This document shows, piece by piece, positions 60,916 through 64,000 of a stretch of 64,000 bases of DNA. Every line of letters begins with the position of its first letter. The first letter of the stretch is position 1. The translations under genes and the position numbers were made by a program. The notes beneath the pieces are model-generated. The model was not told where the DNA came from. It made no database searches and saw only the letters and a program-made list of their open reading frames with translations. This DNA is from Phycisphaerales bacterium (GTDB lineage: Bacteria; Planctomycetota; Phycisphaerae; Phycisphaerales; UBA1924), in NCBI GenBank assembly GCA_965227775.1, contig OZ245777.1:704001-768000 (forward strand). Direction: 5' to 3'.

Positions 60916-63330
60916 ATGCACGCACTCCTGGCACAAGCGACCAGCGCACCCAATGGCGCACTCAGCCGGTTGTTCTCGCTGCGCGAGCTCGGCTTTGGGC
61001 AAGACGGCGTCGCGCTCGGCTTCGATCGCCCGCTGCCCACCTGGGGCTGGGCGCTCGTCCTGATCGCGTGCATCGCCCTCGGCTGGTGGGGCTACCGCAA
61101 GCTCGAGGGCCTGCGACCAGCGCGCACGGCGCTCGCCGGCGTGCGGGCCATGCTGCTGCTTGTGCTCGTCATCCTCGCCTGCGGCCCGCGACTGGAACGC
61201 ACGAGCGAACGCCTTGAGCCCGACTGGGTGCTGGTGCTCGTCGATCGATCGGTGTCCATGCGTGTGGCCGACGCCCCCATCGCCGTCGAGGGCACCACGC
61301 GCGCGACGCGTGATCAGCAGATTCGCGCACTCCTCGACCAGCACGAGGCGATGTTCACCGACATCGCCGCAGATCGAGAGCTGGTCTGGCTCGGGTTCGA
61401 TGCGGCAGCCTTCGACTTGCGCGCACGCTCGGGCGGCGACGCGGACGAGCTCGGCCCACCCGAGCTTCCCGAGGCCGACGGTCGGCGGACGGCGCTGGGT
61501 TCTGCCATCACAGGCGCCCTCACGCGCGCGTCGGCCAGGCCGCTGTCCGCGGTTGTCGTCATGAGCGACGGCCGTTCGATCGATGCGCCGTCCGCCGCCG
61601 TCGTTCGCCGGCTGGTGGGCGAGCGCGTGCCCGTCCACGTGGTGCCCATCGGCAGCCCGGAGGCGTCCACCGACGTCGCGATCGTGCAAGCCGTCGCCCC
61701 CGAGGCCGCGTTCGCCGGCGACCAGGCACCCGTGCGTGTCCGCATCGATCGTCGCGGGCCGGCCGGCGGGGCTTCGGGCGTGCTGCGGCTGATCGATCGC
61801 ACCACGGGCGAGGCTATCGACGAGGTCCGCATCGACGCCGGCGACGAGCGATGGCAGGAGGACGAGATCGTCCTGACGCTGGTCGCGAGCGAGTTGCAGG
61901 CCGGAGAGACCGATTGGCAGGTGCGCTTTGTTCCCGACGAGCCCGACCTGCTGAGCGAGAACGACGCCGCCGACCTGAGCGTGCGCGTGGTCGATCGCGC
62001 ACTCCGCGTGCTGTTCATCGACGGCAGCCCGCGCTGGGAGCGACGCTACCTCACCAGCATGCTGCTGCGAGAGCCGAGCGTACGAAGCAGCTCGCTGCTG
62101 CTCGCGGCGCGGCGGAGCTTCATCGAGGAAGGCAACGTCACGATCGGTTTCCCGCCTACCAGCGACGAAGAGTGGGCCGAGTACGACGTCATCGTGCTGG
62201 GTGATGTGCGCTCGGGCCTGTTCAGCGCTGAGCAGCTCGACCAGCTGCGCGAGCACGTGGCCAGCCGCGGCGCGGGGCTCTTGTGGGTGGGCGGCGAGGC
62301 CAACACGCCGGCGAGCTGGCGCGGCACGCCCCTCGAAGACCTGTTGCCGTTCCGCATGGACCAGGGCGCGGGCGTGTCAGACTCGAGCCGACCCGTGGTG
62401 CTCGATCGCACCGCATCGGGCGAACGGCTGGGCGTGCTGCGGCTCGATGAGAACCTGACGAGCTGGCCCGAATACCTGACGGATCCGCAGACGGGCTGGA
62501 ATCGGCTGTGGTGGAGCCAACGAATCGACGACGCGGCGCTCAAGCCCACCGCCGAGGTGCTCGCACGCTTCCTGCCGGCCGAGGGCGCAGGCCCCGCGAC
62601 GCCCGCGGTGCTGACCATGCCCTATGGGTCGGGCCGCGTGGTGTATGTGGCGACCGACGAGATCTGGCGATACCGCTATGGTCGCGGCGAGCCCTTGTTC
62701 GAGCGCTTCTACTTGCCGCTTGTGCGCATGCAGGCGCGCGGCCGGCTGGCACGCACCGGGGCCGAGGCGGCGCTCAGCGTGTCGCCACGGCCCGCGCTGG
62801 TCGAACGCCCCACGCGCGTCGAGGTCCGCCTGCTCGATCAATCGCTCGTCGATCGCCGTCTGCCCGCCGTCCGGGCGCAGGTGCGTCCCATCGGCGAGGG
62901 TGCGCAGTCGGTCGCGCCGCAATCGCTCACGCTGGGCATCGAGGACACCGGCGCCCGCCGCGCGCTCTCGCAGGGCTATGCCGCCTCGTGGCTGCCGACC
63001 GAGCCAGGCACCTACGAGATCATCATCGATGAGCCGCTGCTGGCACCATTGGGCCTGCGCATCGAGGTGGAAGTGCTGGCCGATAGCGACGAGCTGCGCG
63101 ACCCGATGGCCGACCACGAGCTCCTGGCCTCGCTGGCCGAGCGCACGGGTGGCCGCGTGTTCGGCGCGGAGACCCTGGGCGAGCTGCCCTCGGCGCTACC
63201 CCGCCGCGAGGTGGTCATCGCGGGCCAGCCGCAGCTCGAGCCGCTGTGGGATCGCCCGATCGTGCTCATCGTGCTGCTATTGCTGCTTGCGAGCGAGTGG
63301 GTCGGGCGGCGGCTGATTCGACTGATTTGA
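60916..63330 (+). CDS. Membrane protein with vWA and glutamine-amidotransferase-like domains
   Basis: N-terminal TMs, LVDRSVSM, MSDG, RVLFIDGSPRWERRYL, YDVIVLGDV, YGSGRV, C-terminal EWVGRR. Confidence 0.85.
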   Translation: MHALLAQATSAPNGALSRLFSLRELGFGQDGVALGFDRPLPTWGWALVLIACIALGWWGYRKLEGLRPARTALAGVRAMLLLVLVILACGPRLERTSERLEPDWVLVLVDRSVSMRVADAPIAVEGTTRATRDQQIRALLDQHEAMFTDIAADRELVWLGFDAAAFDLRARSGGDADELGPPELPEADGRRTALGSAITGALTRASARPLSAVVVMSDGRSIDAPSAAVVRRLVGERVPVHVVPIGSPEASTDVAIVQAVAPEAAFAGDQAPVRVRIDRRGPAGGASGVLRLIDRTTGEAIDEVRIDAGDERWQEDEIVLTLVASELQAGETDWQVRFVPDEPDLLSENDAADLSVRVVDRALRVLFIDGSPRWERRYLTSMLLREPSVRSSSLLLAARRSFIEEGNVTIGFPPTSDEEWAEYDVIVLGDVRSGLFSAEQLDQLREHVASRGAGLLWVGGEANTPASWRGTPLEDLLPFRMDQGAGVSDSSRPVVLDRTASGERLGVLRLDENLTSWPEYLTDPQTGWNRLWWSQRIDDAALKPTAEVLARFLPAEGAGPATPAVLTMPYGSGRVVYVATDEIWRYRYGRGEPLFERFYLPLVRMQARGRLARTGAEAALSVSPRPALVERPTRVEVRLLDQSLVDRRLPAVRAQVRPIGEGAQSVAPQSLTLGIEDTGARRALSQGYAASWLPTEPGTYEIIIDEPLLAPLGLRIEVEVLADSDELRDPMADHELLASLAERTGGRVFGAETLGELPSALPRREVVIAGQPQLEPLWDRPIVLIVLLLLLASEWVGRRLIRLI

Positions 63331-63360
63331 TCGTCTTTGGTGGGGGATGGAGCGAAGAGC

Positions 63361-64000
63361 ATGAAGACGCTGAGGAATCTGGCGTGCATCTCGGGCGTGG
63401 TGGTACTGGCATCCGCTGTGATGGCGCAGTCCGGCGGCGAGCCGAGCGCCGAAAAGCTTGCCCAAGCACGTGAGATGCGCGACAAGGCCGTGGCGTACCT
63501 GATGAACGAGCAGGACGCCGACACCGGCGGCTGGAGCGTGCGCCCCGAGGGCCCGAACCTGCCCGCGATCACAGGCCTGGTGCTTCTGGGCATGACAGCC
63601 GACGACACGCTCCCGCAGCGCGATGATGCAACGAAGCAATCGATCGACCGCGCGTTCGAGTTCATCTATGGCTACCAGCAGGGCGACGGCGGCATCTACG
63701 ACCAGATCCTTCCGCAATACAACACCGCCATCTCACTCGCGGCACTCTCTCGCCTCGACACGCAGCGATCGCGCGACGCCGTGAAAGAAGCGCTTGCCTT
63801 CCTGCGCACCTTGCAATACGCCGAAGACAACGAGAATCCGGAGCTGCGCGTCTCTCGCGCGCACCCGTTCTATGGCGGCATCGGCTATGGCGGGAGTGGG
63901 CGTCCCGACAACAGCAACATGCACATGTTCATGATGGCCCTCGAAGAAGCCGGCGTGCCCAGCGATGATCCGGCCGTGCAGAGGGCCCTCGTGTTCCTGC
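63361..64000 (+). CDS. Secreted prenyltransferase/squalene-cyclase-repeat protein (runs off the window end)
   Basis: ORF read manually: MKTLRNLACISG... with QW-like repeats YLMNEQDADTGGW, YQQGDGGIY, FLRTLQ...GGIGYGGSGRPDNSN. No stop before 64000. Confidence 0.8.
   Translation, partial: MKTLRNLACISGVVVLASAVMAQSGGEPSAEKLAQAREMRDKAVAYLMNEQDADTGGWSVRPEGPNLPAITGLVLLGMTADDTLPQRDDATKQSIDRAFEFIYGYQQGDGGIYDQILPQYNTAISLAALSRLDTQRSRDAVKEALAFLRTLQYAEDNENPELRVSRAHPFYGGIGYGGSGRPDNSNMHMFMMALEEAGVPSDDPAVQRALVFL

Noticed and set aside
58729..62256. 1175-aa minus-strand ORF
   Set aside because: Antisense shadow of the BatA and vWA genes. It has no recognisable motifs, and long stop-free antisense frames are expected at this GC content.

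Overview
High-GC (about 68-70% by eye) chromosomal segment with a Planctomycetota signature, most likely Phycisphaerales. The clues are three proteins ending in a 'GC-type' dockerin-like domain, prepilin/H-X9-DG proteins, a PEP-CTERM-like protein, an enlarged SecA and a DUF58-BatA-vWA-prenyltransferase-repeat cluster. Most of the window is housekeeping or envelope genes: ileS, nuoC, xerC, glsA, trpG, acpP, fabF, a fliN-like gene, kdsC, an aminotransferase, psuG, HU, secA, hldE, tRNA-Pro(CGG) and tRNA-Gly(GCC). I see no CRISPR array, transposase, prophage or rRNA. Best candidates for under-described biology: (1) a Cys-rich, signal-peptide-bearing leader ORF ending LLRPP in front of an MFP/type VII ABC operon that ends in a CxxxxxxCKTPWDYCC lipoprotein, possibly a ribosome-stalling-controlled metal or thiol system; (2) a secreted uORF ending LIDLPPP directly upstream of secA (SecM-like monitor); (3) a roughly 1024-aa single-chain LptC-(LptA)n-like bridge next to kdsC; (4) a pervasive -10 box 5-8 nt before start codons, suggesting leaderless mRNAs; (5) interchangeable passenger domains on a shared C-terminal dockerin-like anchor. 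All family calls come from motif recognition by eye; no searches were run.
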